Origin: Atractiella rhizophila
Taxonomy: Eukaryota
DNA length: 64,000 nucleotides
Direction: 5' to 3'
Assembly: GCA_021432655.1 (NCBI GenBank)
Contig: MU271242.1
Location: 1-64,000, forward strand
Part shown: piece after piece, positions 1-12,747 of the stretch
Layout of the letters: every line of letters begins with the position of its first letter
How positions within the stretch are numbered: the first letter of the stretch is position 1
The notes under the pieces: model-generated
Seen by the model: only the letters and a program-made list of their open reading frames with translations
What the model was told of the DNA's origin: nothing
Database searches by the model: none
Position numbers and translations under genes: made by a program

Positions 1-1451
1 GACAATGATTGCAACACCAGCGAGGGCAGAATAACCGAGATTGACGAGCAGGATAGCAAGGACGACGCAGAACTGGATGACACTTGTCCATCCCTTCAGA
101 CCAAACCCGATTAGATTGCCAATCGTCGAAGAAGCGACGAAGGACAAACCATATGGAAGAAACCGGCAGCGAAATCGATACGGGACACGTCTGTCGAAAT
201 ATGATTGACCAGTCGTCCATTATTCAATGTAATCCTCGCCTTTCCACTCAGGACCATGGCACGTCGGTAAATGGCAGAGATGAGAGCGCCTCTCGCCAGA
301 GTTCCGCACTCCATCGATCGATAGAGCATATGGCTGTTTCATTTGTGTAAGAACTATCGTAGTCGGCAGAATATGACGAGAGGACGTACTGCATACAGAC
401 TGAAGCACCGAGTTGCATGAAGAACAACAAGAAACTAAAAACCGGTCAGTTCTTGCTCTTGTCGAACGAACACTCAGACTTACGCCCAACCAATGCCGTG
501 ACCAATAGGTGGGCCTTCAACACCAGTACGATGAGCGATATAAGACTTCTGCGCAAACTGGATGATTCTTTTCGATACGAGGGGTGAGGTTGTTTGGAGC
601 GTGTCACCAATGACCTTCAAACAACCACCAGACCACCATCTCCACCAAAACACATCATTGAGTGCCGCGACGAGATCTGCTTCGCGTTCCAAATATTCCA
701 ATGGATGTTTCCTATCCTTCTTCTCCTTCTTATACTTGTCGGTCCTCTTCCACGGCAGGAAGAAAAGCTTGAATCGAGCCCAAAGGATAGTAGAACTCGA
801 AAGTGTTCCCTCCGCCAAGGCGGTGTTCCACTGCTCTACCCTCCTCTCCTTCTCTTCGAACGCTTCGAGCAATCGAGTGGCCAGATAGCCAGAAGTCATG
901 TCTCGATTCGGAGTGCTGATGTTACGCCTCCACTTGCCCATCCCTGACGTATCACCTTTCTCGCTGGCGTCCTTCGCAAGCTTATAGAGATCAGACGCCT
1001 GAAGCGTACGGAGGTAGCCGAGCGCCATGAGTGGTGTGATCCACTGGAAGGTGAGACGGGAAAGGACAGACGCGTCGAACAGAGGCAGGACGGCGGACTT
1101 GGCCAGATTTTCAGGCGTGGAGGGTACGGGATCTGGAGGGGGAGGGTAGTAGGAGAACGGCCAGTAGATCTTCCTCCTTCGCATGGGCGGCGTCGACATA
1201 TCTTCTTTGATCATCGATACTGTCGTCTGTCTAGTCAACTGAGTCCTGAGAGGTGGACGCGCCTCTCCTTCCTCCTCTTTCACCAAATCTTCATCCAACT
1301 TCTCTTTCACGTCCAGATCTTCCAACCCCTTTTTCTCTGCTCCTGCACTCGCAGAGTCCGAACGGGAAGCCTTCTCGTCCGCCAACGTCTTCATATCCTC
1401 TTCAGGCACCGTGCGTCCACTAGAATCTGCAGGGTTTGCGATGCTCGCCAT
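1..1451 (-). CDS. ABCC/MRP-type ABC transporter (Yor1-like), 5' part; runs off the left edge; multi-exon
   Basis: ORF 480..1451 has 'ASVLSRLTFQWITPLMALGYLRTLQASDLY' (ABCC L0 region) and 'LKVIGDTLQTTSPLV'; a later exon has 'LVNHISTDVSRIDFAAGFFHM'; GT-AG introns lie between them. Confidence 0.88.
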
Positions 1452-1529
1452 CTTCTGCCTTCAATCTCCTAGCAGGCAGGGAGGGGAATTCGGGAACGAG
1501 GAATAAAAAGAGGAAACAATTTGAGATGT

Positions 1530-2384
1530 NNNNNNNNNNNNNNNNNNNNNNNNNNNNNNNNNNNNNNNNNNNNNNNNNNNNNNNNNNNNNNNNNNNNNNN
1601 NNNNNNNNNNNNNNNNNNNNNNNNNNNNNNNNNNNNNNNNNNNNNNNNNNNNNNNNNNNNNNNNNNNNNNNNNNNNNNNNNNNNNNNNNNNNNNNNNNNN
1701 NNNNNNNNNNNNNNNNNNNNNNNNNNNNNNNNNNNNNNNNNNNNNNNNNNNNNNNNNNNNNNNNNNNNNNNNNNNNNNNNNNNNNNNNNNNNNNNNNNNN
1801 NNNNNNNNNNNNNNNNNNNNNNNNNNNNNNNNNNNNNNNNNNNNNNNNNNNNNNNNNNNNNNNNNNNNNNNNNNNNNNNNNNNNNNNNNNNNNNNNNNNN
1901 NNNNNNNNNNNNNNNNNNNNNNNNNNNNNNNNNNNNNNNNNNNNNNNNNNNNNNNNNNNNNNNNNNNNNNNNNNNNNNNNNNNNNNNNNNNNNNNNNNNN
2001 NNNNNNNNNNNNNNNNNNNNNNNNNNNNNNNNNNNNNNNNNNNNNNNNNNNNNNNNNNNNNNNNNNNNNNNNNNNNNNNNNNNNNNNNNNNNNNNNNNNN
2101 NNNNNNNNNNNNNNNNNNNNNNNNNNNNNNNNNNNNNNNNNNNNNNNNNNNNNNNNNNNNNNNNNNNNNNNNNNNNNNNNNNNNNNNNNNNNNNNNNNNN
2201 NNNNNNNNNNNNNNNNNNNNNNNNNNNNNNNNNNNNNNNNNNNNNNNNNNNNNNNNNNNNNNNNNNNNNNNNNNNNNNNNNNNNNNNNNNNNNNNNNNNN
2301 NNNNNNNNNNNNNNNNNNNNNNNNNNNNNNNNNNNNNNNNNNNNNNNNNNNNNNNNNNNNNNNNNNNNNNNNNNNNNNNNNNNN
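1530..2384. other. Assembly gap (N run)
   Basis: Run of N. Confidence 1.
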
Positions 2385-2974
2385 CCTGCTCGATGGGGAC
2401 CTTAGGATCGACTATTATCAGCATGTATCAAAATTTGGCTCATGTTTGCAAGAAACAAGAGGGACGAACTCCTGGCAGGTTCGAAAAGATCCAATCGCTT
2501 GTGCTCTCCAAGCAACTCTGTTATCCTCCCAACGCTCCTCCTGAGACCATCAGTCGAGCAATCTGGCTGGAAGGTCTTCATGCTAAATGCGCCTTTGACG
2601 GATAGAAAGCATTTGCTCGCATATTCAGGATATTTGGTGAAAAATCGATTCAGGAGTTTGAGGTTCGCCTCCGTATCAGGCGGATAGCCGTAGAATTCGC
2701 CTGTGACCCGCAAGTGAGGAAGATGGACGGAAAGTTAAGTGCAAGGCATACCTGCGTTCAAGAAGGTAGCACCCGCATCAATGGCGGTTTTGATAGCTTC
2801 GAAAGCCTGCTCGTCGGATACAGGTACAGGTTTTCCGGTGCTATTGTAACGCGTCGTGAGTTGCGGATCGATGTGAAGAGGAGGTATTCACAGTCCCATC
2901 AATCCGTACCCAATTCTCCCCACAGTCGTCGTTTTGTTGGGACCTTTGATCGTAATATTTTGCGCTTGAGACAT
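2385..2974 (-). CDS. Aldo-keto reductase, pyridoxal reductase (PLR1/YPR127W)-like, paralogue 1; 3' end lost in the gap
   Basis: ATG at 2974; spliced '[68 protein letters not shown]'. Confidence 0.85.
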
Positions 2975-5153
2975 ATTTCACGGCAGATGATATTGTAATT
3001 GTGACTTGAAGTTCGCGTTTACGTTCGAAGTGGAATGATTTACTTTCGAGCGTTGAAGCATCCTCCTTTTATACGTTCCACTACACTGAGTAGGAACTCC
3101 CCTTCGCGGTGCTACTCGTAGCCTAGTTGCCTCAATACAATCCTCCTGTAGTAAGCAAGCGCTATACTCGAATCTTCGATGCCGTTCCCATATCCGAGAT
3201 CGGCTGAGGCGGGAGAAACTTTGGGATGAAGCCTCCGACAGCAAGGAAAGTGGAAAATGTTGCAGAGACTCCTCCGAAAAGGCAGGACTCGCATTTTGGG
3301 TCGGTCACGTAGTAATTCTGTCCACGCACTATGTCACTCGGTATTGCTAAGCTAAGCTTTCAGGTGAAAGGAGTGAACTTTCTTACTCAAAGCGCGGCCG
3401 CTTTGATACCGACTACTGTATCTATGTCTTAACACGAGAGCAGCAGAGTGTGAAACAGAACGGCCTGGGGCTAGCAAAGATGTTGTTCAAGGCGCAGGTT
3501 TAGTTGCAATGCTTCAGGACTAGGTACAAAGCATGCAAAACAAGCTCAGGTTTAGAATAACCTGGATCAGTTTATCAAAATGTGTGCGGAAATGAGTGTG
3601 AAACTCACTGGCACCCTGGCCTCTGTGCATTTCATGTCAAGAGAGACGTTTAGCAGTTGATGTTGCTGCAGTCGGAGCCGATGATGCAGTCGCAAACGAT
3701 GAAGCCCTGTCCCAGTTCTCAGGTCGAGCTTATTGCTTGACTTCAAATGTACTTACTTGGTTGCCATTCTTGAACCCCAAGTTAGTCACATCATGTCAGG
3801 GAGAGAAGAAAAGACTTTACCAATTGGCACAACCTTGTTCCATCGTTCTCAACACAGACTCCTTCCAAAATGCGCCTTTGACGGATAGAAAGCATTTGCT
3901 CGCATATTCCGGATATTTGGTGAAAAATCGATTCAGGAGTTTGAGGTTCGCCTCCGTATCAGGCGGATAACCATAGAATTCGCCTGTGACCCGCAAGTGA
4001 GGAAGATGGGCGGAAGGGTTAAGTGCAAGGCATACCTGCGTTCAAGAAGGTAGCGCCCGCATCAATGGCGGTTTTGATAGCTTCGAAAGCTTGCTCGTCG
4101 GATACAGGTACAGATTTTCCAGTGCTATTGTAACGCGTCGTGAGTTGCGGATCGATGTGAAGAGGAGGTATTCACAGTCCCATCAATCCGTACCCAATTC
4201 TCCCCACAGTTGTCGTTTTGTTGGGACCTTTGATCGTAATATTTTGCGCTTGAGACATATCTCACGGCAGATGATATTGTAATTGTGACTTGAAGTTCGC
4301 GTTTATGTTCGAAGTGGAATGATTTACTTTCGAGCGTTGAAGCATCCTCCTTTTATACGTTCCATTACACTGATTAGGAACTCCCCTTCGCGGTGCACTC
4401 GTAGCCTAGCTGCCTCAATACAATCCTCCTGTAGTAAGCAAGCGCTATACTCGAATCTTCAATGCCGTTCCCATATCCGAGATCGGCTGAGGCGGGAGAA
4501 ACTCTGGGTTGAAGTCTCCGACAGCAAGGAAAGTGGAAAATGTTGCAGGAACTCCTCCGAAAAGGCAGGACTCGTATTTTGGGCTGGTCACGTAATAATT
4601 CTGTACACGCACTGGTATCACTCGGTATTGGTAAGCTTTCAGGTGAGAGCGGTTAGATTTCTTACTAGAGCGGCCGCTTTGGTACCTACCACCCGCATCC
4701 ATGTCTTATGAGAACAGCATAGTCCTTTGGACTTTGGAACGGAACGCCCTGGGGCCAGCAAAGGCATTGTTCAAGACACAGGTTAGTTGCAATCCTTCAG
4801 GACTAGGTACTACAAAGCATGCAAAACAAGCTCAGGTTTAGAATAACCTGGATCAGTTTATCAAAATGTGTGCGGAAATGAGCGTGAAACTCACTGACAC
4901 CCTGGCCTCTGTGCATTTCATGTCAAGAGAGACATTTAGCAGCTGATGTTGCTGCAGTCGGAGCCGATGATGCAGTCGCAAACGATGAAGCCCTGTCCCA
5001 GTTCTCAGGTTCGAGCTTATTGCTCGACTTCAAATGTACTTACTTGGTTGCCATTCTAGAACCCCAAGTTAGTCACATCATGTCAGGGAGAGAAGAAAAG
5101 ACTTTACCAATTGGCACAACCTTGTTCCATCGTTCTCAACACAGACTCCTTCC
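2585..5153. repeat. Tandem duplication of about 1.28 kb (2585-3867 and 3868-5153), with scattered SNPs and indels
   Basis: Both units begin AAATGCGCCTTTGACGGATAG and end CAGACTCCTTCC; the AKR ATGs at 2974 and 4258 are 1284 bp apart. Confidence 0.97.
3868..4258 (-). pseudogene. Truncated 5' copy of AKR paralogue 1 (or an allelic copy)
   Basis: Near-identical to 2585-2974 but breaks mid-exon at 'SVKGAF' at the repeat junction. Confidence 0.7.
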
Positions 5154-5501
5154 NNNNNNNNNNNNNNNNNNNNNNNNNNNNNNNNNNNNNNNNNNNNNNN
5201 NNNNNNNNNNNNNNNNNNNNNNNNNNNNNNNNNNNNNNNNNNNNNNNNNNNNNNNNNNNNNNNNNNNNNNNNNNNNNNNNNNNNNNNNNNNNNNNNNNNN
5301 NNNNNNNNNNNNNNNNNNNNNNNNNNNNNNNNNNNNNNNNNNNNNNNNNNNNNNNNNNNNNNNNNNNNNNNNNNNNNNNNNNNNNNNNNNNNNNNNNNNN
5401 NNNNNNNNNNNNNNNNNNNNNNNNNNNNNNNNNNNNNNNNNNNNNNNNNNNNNNNNNNNNNNNNNNNNNNNNNNNNNNNNNNNNNNNNNNNNNNNNNNNN
5501 N
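5154..5501. other. Assembly gap (N run)
   Basis: Run of N. Confidence 1.
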
Positions 5502-6122
5502 CCATCCTTTGCCCCCCCTGTCCCCCGGAATTGAAAACTTGTGGAGGGAAGTCCAACGACTCCACCTGATGGAAAGGAAAACCAGCCCTTCCTCGTCTTG
5601 GTCAACGATATTCGATGGCAGTGAGTGACGTTGACAAACATTGGAGGATCCATGGGATTATTCGAAGCCTTCGTCGGCTTATCCGGTGTATGGAGGATAG
5701 TCCCCAAGGGCACAACGGCGGACCCCAGCATCATCGCAAGATATTAAGGAGGGTCCCTCCTTAGAGGTACGATGATGCTGCTAACCCTGCAATGTAATTT
5801 CGACAATATGAAGATGAGCTTAGAGAGGCTAAGACGGCTTCCAGTGCTGAATAAGCAGCTTGGCAGTGAAATGTTACAAGATGGGAGTAGAATTACCACG
5901 GAGGTGGAGGGACCGAGTGCCCTGGATGTAACGATGTCACTGGTGAAGCATTTCTTATTCAGGACTAATACATAGCATGTAGCAACGGAACTTGAACCTT
6001 GGGTAATAAGGCAGACAAAAAAATTAAGTTAGCTCGAGGAGGGCTCTCACTTTGCATATTCCCTCTCGCAACAAGTGGTCCTTCATGTCATTTCTCCAAA
6101 GGAGAAGGGGATGCAAAAAGAC

Positions 6123-6203
6123 TGCTTAGACGGGGAGTCGAACCCCGGTCCACTCGAACTTGCAGCTTGGCAACGAGCGATTCTACCGTTGAACCATCTA
6201 AGC
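6123..6203 (-). tRNA. tRNA-Gly(GCC) with a 10-nt intron after position 37
   Basis: Reverse complement folds as GCTTAGA/TCTAAGC acceptor stem, GTTC/GAAT D stem, GCTCG-TTGCCA[AGCTGCAAGT]T-CGAGT anticodon arm and CGGGG-TTCGACT-CCCCG T arm; mature length 71 nt; a T5 Pol III terminator follows. Confidence 0.95.
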
Positions 6204-6397
6204 TTGTTATTGGTGAATGTGGCAATTGACAATATTCAAGTTAAGTAAACTAATACGCTATTCTCCTGTTGCGCCGTCAACGTGCCCACATAACCGAACC
6301 CAACATCCAAGCGCTGTTCTCCCCTGAAAGGTTCAAACGGCAGGCCCTCTATCCGTCAGCACCTTACAGCCATACATTTATCAATCAGACACACATC

Positions 6398-9300
6398 ATG
6401 GAAACTTCAATCCCACTCACTCCTCCAACTGCAACTCTCTCCCTTGCCCACGCTCCCGAATCTCCTCCTAAGTCGCCTCTCGAGCACATTGCAGCAGATA
6501 TGGAGGGTACAGTTGATGTATCTTTGGATGATGTGGAGGAGGAGGACGTGCCTCTTACCCCCAAGTCTCCTCCAGCACCAATACCTCTACCTGTGGAGCC
6601 GATCGCCATCCAGCTCGCGCCGTCCACGCCTTCCAATACCTCTACTCCGTTTGCTTTAGGAGAGCCAGAGACGCCGTCTGCTCCTGCGAATGTGCAATCT
6701 TTCAGTGAGAGGGATACGGAAGAAGAGAGACGAGTGGAAAATGTGGAAACTGCGGAGAGCAGTGGAGGGAGAAGGGAGAAGGAAGTTGAAGGAGATATCC
6801 ATATTTATGGTATTCTCGTGGTAGGCTTCAATCATCTCATTGGGCCTGAAATTGGTGAGTGCTCTCGTTATTTCCTTGGCAATAGTGTCCGGTGCAATGC
6901 GCTGGCAAAAGCAAGCGAGAACTCTCCTCCTCATTTGGATCGTGACTTTCTTCTTTCTAAGAAGAGTTGAAGGAGGCGGTACAGAGTGCAATGCGTCCCG
7001 TTCCATTATCCTTTCAGAGAAAGAGAAAAAGCATCTTCATGATTTCAATGCTCCGGATTGACACGCTCCTTGAATTATTTCCTATCTTGCTCTGTGAAGC
7101 AGATAAACCGACTTGCTCTGCAGGTTCCTTGCGCGTTAGAAAACTTGTCTAATGTATGCCCTGCTGAGCTGTGCTTGTTATTGTAAAAGCTCTGCGCACT
7201 GTCACTCTAAGTGTCTCTAACTTTCTCCAAAAGCAAAATACAAGCTTTTTCCTCGAAAGTAGAAATGCCAGCTTTCGAAGAAACCAACTTTTCCACTGGA
7301 GGCAGGTCCTCCTGACGCACCTGAGGAAGAGAAACAATTAAATTGTCAACGGTTTCATTTACCTAGTTGTCTTGTCGACGCGAGAATTATCTTTATGCCA
7401 TTATCTCTTGCAGCGAAGCTCTGGTTCTTCGGCCTGCAGGTCAAATATCATTTCTTCCCTGCCTCTCTGGCTGTCTTCTCTTTGATAGTCTGCAGCTGAT
7501 CCCTCTCACCTGTAGAATACGCGTATCCGGCTTCCATCCGTTCCCCTGAGCTCGACACAGCCCTGCCCTTCCTGGCTCTACCCGATGGAGCACATCTCGT
7601 TCGTCCTTTTCTCCGTCTTCCATCGTATCTGTGATTTATGGGACTCCATAGAGAGAAGAAGATCATGCGTACTTTCATCTCTTCTTACCATCTCTTTCCG
7701 GGAGCACCGTCTTTGGCATCTCCTGTAATCGGCAGATCCTCTCGTCTTCCCTCCTCAATCGAGGGGCAAATATCACGCGCTCCACTGTCCAAAAGGCAGT
7801 AGTCGTATTGGCTGATAAACCTATCTTTGGACCTATAAGGGATCGACTTGGGGTGATAACGAGAGCATATTTTGAACAGAGGGACTTTGAGGATCGGCGG
7901 ATATTAGAAGAATTCTATGGCTCCTTAGTGGATGGAGTAGGCGGAGAAACTGACTTGTACATGGGTGCGTCCCTCCTCAGCCTGGACTGAACCTATGATG
8001 TCGATACGTGATGGTACACTTAGGAACAAGTCTCCGCGAACTCATTCACCGTTTCCGATTCAAGACGCTCACACTCCTCAAACTCCTTCTCCTCCAAAAG
8101 AAAATCATGTTCTTCTCTCCCCACCTCCCAGTCGAGAAACTCTGCAACACCCAGTACAGCCTCGTGTCACTCATTCCATCCCTCCTCTCCACTTTGGACG
8201 ATTCCGCATCTCCCCTCTTGGATAATGTCACTGTAAGGAGGAAACGTGCTTCTACACTCCGGACGAGCGAGAGGGAGAGCTTGTTGAGGTTCCTTGGGAT
8301 GCCATTGGACGTTTTTGGACGTGTATGTCCTTTTCCATCAGAGGGAGCGACTGCTAAGTAGGGTATGGACAGGACTCGTTTTTTCAGCCTTATCTCCCTC
8401 TTCAGCAGATCGACATGTTGGCATCTGAGTCCTTTGTTGTCGGAACAACGAATTCTATCTTCCAGCAGCAACGGGAATGCAAAATTGATGTCCTCGTCAA
8501 TGTACGTATCCACCCCTTCCTCCAAATTTGGTCAGGGGAAGGCTTAGTGAAGGAGGGGTAGATAGAGACCGCTAACATCGAGGTCTATGACCCCAAACTT
8601 TCGATCGCCTTGACGCTGACGGCCGCTGATCGGAAGTGGATGGACGAAGTTCGTCGCCTCATACTCTTCTCTCGTATCTCTTTGTTAAGAGCGGGTGAAA
8701 ATAGCTTGTCACCACAGTCACAGAATCCTGGAACCCAGAGGACCCCTCGCGACCGATAGGATCCACTTATGTCGGCTCTGATGATTTCTTACGAGCGAAG
8801 TTTGAAGAATATCTCTGCTCCATGCTTGCTGCCACAAAGTTTGTGGATTTCCTTGGACGAGGGAATCAAGGGGGAGTGGGAATTATCAGTGGCACCGGTG
8901 CGGGTATGCCTTTCGTTTATTAAGGGAAGGAAGAGGAATATTAACCATGACTTGGTGGGTGATAGAATTCGATCCGAACCTGTTATCTTCTTTCAACGAT
9001 ACCTACATCAACCTCTTTCGCGCAACACCGGCCTTTAAAATTTGGGACGGGAACACAGATTCGGTGCTATTCGATCTCGTGGAACCGAGACACCCTATGC
9101 ACGGATTGACAAATGCCATTGAAGACGTCGGGATCCGCTTGGCAGATGGTCTCCATACTTTGAGGATCGATGAAGGAGCAGCAACTGCTAGGGATGCGGC
9201 GACGAAGGGTTTTGAGGTGGGGAGAGAAGGTGTATGGAGGGCATACAATGGTATCAGGAGTGAGGTGGCTCGCAGGCAAGCAGAAGGAGCTGCTTCTGGT

Positions 9301-9885
9301 GGCAGTGGAGGCGGAAGTGAGATTGGAAGTCAAGTTATGGGTGGTGTTGATGCTGCGAAGGAGAAAGCCTCGGCGGTCGCGAGTGGGATTGGGAGCTTCA
9401 TCTCTTCCAGACTCTTCGTGCCGAAAGCTCAAACGTCAAGTTCTAACACTCCCACTGGATCAAGGACGCCGAGTCCCACACGATCCTCATTCGCCAAATC
9501 TCCTCCTCCAGAACAGGTTGCATTTGCGCCGCCGCACTCCGACTCTGATCAATACGATTCTCAGCCTCCTTCGACTCCTTCCGCGTTCTCATCCATCTCC
9601 TCGTTCTTCTCACGTGCAACTTCTCCCCCAGCTTCCTCTTCAGCGACGCTCGCTCCGGCTCCGCTGATACATCGCGACTCTGCAAATACAACGATTTCCG
9701 AGTCCTCACATTCTAGAGACAGTACTGGCACTGTTGCGGGAGGGATAAGCGGTTGGTGGGCGAGACGAACGAGTGGAGCGAGCCTGGATAGTGTAGGGAA
9801 GGAGCGAGAAGAGGATGGCAACAGGAAGGGGGAGAATTCACTTGACAGTCTGCGACCGGAGGATATGAAAGAAGTCGCTTTATGA
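6398..9885 (+). CDS. AVL9: Late secretory pathway protein Avl9 (DENN-like), multi-exon
   Basis: 'ILVVGFNHLIGPEIEY', 'LPFLALPDGAH', 'TVFGISCNRQI..TRSTVQKAVVVLADKPIFG..LGVITRAYFEQRDF', 'LRELIHRFRFKTLTLLKLLLLQKK'. Confidence 0.93.
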
Positions 9886-10153
9886 TTCTGATGATTCTTC
9901 TTTTTCTTTCGCGTTTCTTAAGGAGATGTCGTCATCACAGTTCAAAATCAGCTGACGGTTTGTGCATTGATGCTGTGTAATACGCATTTGCATTTATTGA
10001 ATGCTACAAGAGGTATAGTACAATGACATATCTAGTTTGATGAAGACGTACACAGCAGCTGGATACGAGATAAAAATCGCGCTCATTCAATTGACTGAAC
10101 TTCAAATACCACTCCTATAGAGTTTTCTTCAACTATTTCAGAATGCAAGCGCT

Positions 10154-12695
10154 TCAGCCTTCAAGCTTCACGTCCACCTTCCACCTCCTCATCAGTTCAC
10201 GGGTAAGTTCCAACCCGAAATTGATGACATCCTTCGCTGGACTGTAGACGTGGAGCGGCCAAAGATCCTTTGGCACCTTCTCCCAGAAGGCAGGGAAGGT
10301 CTGAGAGAGTGAAGTGGCGTTTACAGCACCGTGGAACCTGATCCAAAAATTTCGAATGTCGCGCTCTCGACTCCTGATTTGGAAATGGAAGACTTGAGCC
10401 GAGCTGAGCGGACGGTCATGAGGGGGATGGGGAGGAGGTTGGAAGGCCCATCTGCAGGTGGGAGGGAGGGAGACGTTCCTATCCATGTATTCTCCAAAAC
10501 AGAAGTTTTCGATCTCTTGGATCCTCGATAGAATGAAAGCGTAAACGGCGACCAGATACTCTTTCAATATCCGCATATCCCCTTCTATTTCCTTCTCTGC
10601 TCGCGTACATTGTTCGCTTCCCTCAGCTTGGGACCATAGCTTCATGGCACCGAAAACCCTGGGGAATTCGTTGAGCAACACGTCAAATTGGTTGCGATCG
10701 TGCAGCTTCACGTCCCTCTTTGAGCTTCCCCCAAGGGAATGGCGGACGCAGTCGTCATCGGTAGCTTGGACGAGATGGAGAATACATATGGATTGTTGGA
10801 CGATAGGAGTGAGTGTGGCCTCCAGAATCTTCGATTGCTCCTGAGCATCAAAGAGCTTCTTTGCCTCTCGCTGGATGTAAAGCCCGTGTCGACGATGATA
10901 TTCGGCCCTACGATCCAATCAGTCTCTACTTCTCTCTTCCCATCTCTTCAATATTGAAACTCACGAGCTCTTCAACCTCGCCGCCTCCCTCTCCTGCTCA
11001 GGGTTCAAAACCGGCGGTGCCCCATACTGTATCTGCAACGACTGGGCTCTTCCATCTCTCCCCTCGAGATTAGGTGCAGGACTAGCCGCCGCTCCGGCCT
11101 GTTCACCTGTTGTTGCGGCTTTCTTCCACCTGGGGTCGTTCGACAAGTCCCTTCCAGGCGGAGGAGGAGGTTTAGCCGCTCCAACCTGTCCATCCCACTT
11201 CGAGAGATCCTTCCCGTCCTTCACAGGGCGAGAGTTGGAATCACTCCTACCATTGCTCTTATCGTTGTTGTCCGCTCGTGGGGGCTCATTGCTGTTGTTA
11301 GAATTAGAGGAAGAAGCTGGCCTGAGAGCTCCTGAGATTGGATTCCGGGTCCAAGCGAGGATTCGGTTCGAGATTGAATGTGGGAATGAGGTTGAGATCG
11401 AGAATGTGATTGAGAACGAGAATGGGCAGCTGGTGAATCGTCATGTCGCTGAGACTGACCATGGTGTCCTTGTCGTCCCCTGGACCGTGCGGAGGGTAGA
11501 TCAGCCAGACTCGCTATTTTGTCTGTTGGGACGGAGAGTGAGGTTTCATGCGAAGGTGGGATGTTGGTAGGGGAGGGTTTCTTGGGCGATGGGTGCTGGA
11601 GGGGAGGAGGAGAGGCGGGCACTGTGTGATTCGCTTTGCGAACCAGCTCTTGATTCTGCTTCATGTCCTCTTTCTTCTTCCCCTTCTTCTCCATCTTCTC
11701 GACCGGTGGCTTATCATGAGCTTTCGTGGATTTCTTAGGCGAAGGGACCCTCTCCTCGTCCTCTCTCTTCCTCTTCTTCTCTCCACTGACACTCGCCTTC
11801 CTCTCCTCCAACTTCTCTTTAGCATCTCCCGCGACCATTTCCATGCTCTTCACCTGAGGTACGACCTCATCGTCCTCCTCTCCCTCCGCATCCTCTTCCC
11901 CTTCCGCATCCTCATCTTCACCATCCGACGGTGACGAAATCGGTCTCCTCAGACCTCCTGGCTCGAATTGTACTTTTCTATTTGCTCCGCATCATACTCT
12001 TCCTCTTCCTCCCGAGTCGTAGCCGTCGCGGTGAGGTTTGTAAGCAGCGGTACTGAAGAGGAGGAGGAAGGAGTGATGGGTTTGGAGTTTGGAGAGTGGG
12101 AGGAGGAGTTGTTCACTGGATTGCGAGGTTTGTTCGGCTGTAGTTGATGTTTTTGGTTTTCTGTTCAACAAAGGAAAGAGTCAGTCCGGTCGCATCTGAC
12201 AATCTAAATCGTCTTTGAGTGATGTAGGCCTAGCTTCCACTATAGTAGTGTGGTGAAGTTTTGATGACAGCAACAGGTGACGATTCCGACCAAAGACTAT
12301 GCAGCGAAACGCAAATATTATGCTCTCAAAGTATCAAATACAGGAGAAAACGCTACGTGCATTGCGACAAGTGCGTGTTCCTCAATTAACTAGCAAAACA
12401 CAAGCACATCACCTCCGACATGACTTGAAAGAACGCACTTCCGCTTCCCCTCCGCCTCGCTCTCCAACTCCCTCTTTCGCTTCGCTCCCTCTGCCTTCCT
12501 AAGGTACTCCCTCGCCTCTTCCGCGGACCACCTATCGGGCGGGGGACTGGGTAGGGTGAGTGCGTCTTCGTCGTAGGAGGGAATGTCGTTCAGCGCTTGC
12601 AGGCGGGCGCGGATGGAGGATTGGGAGACCCAGTAGCCTGACGGCGTGGAAGAGCGTATGAAGTCTGATGTGGACGACGGGGTCGGTGAGGCCAT
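10154..12695 (-). pseudogene. Hypothetical low-complexity protein gene with apparent frame breaks (pseudogene or sequence errors)
   Basis: Consecutive coding-like minus-strand ORFs 12390..12695, 11221..11853, 10961..11224 and 10154..10918; GTGCGT donor near 12438; frame discontinuities near 11990, 11897 and 11222; no recognisable domain. Confidence 0.4.
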
Positions 12696-12747
12696 CGAGC
12701 ATCTCAGTTGCTTTCACCTTCAGTTGTTGGGCGCAGTTGGCTCAGCC

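Noticed and set aside
1420..2605. Long ORFs of 294-389 aa spanning the first gap (and similar ones at 5020-5734)
   Set aside because: They are open only because N runs contain no stop codons.
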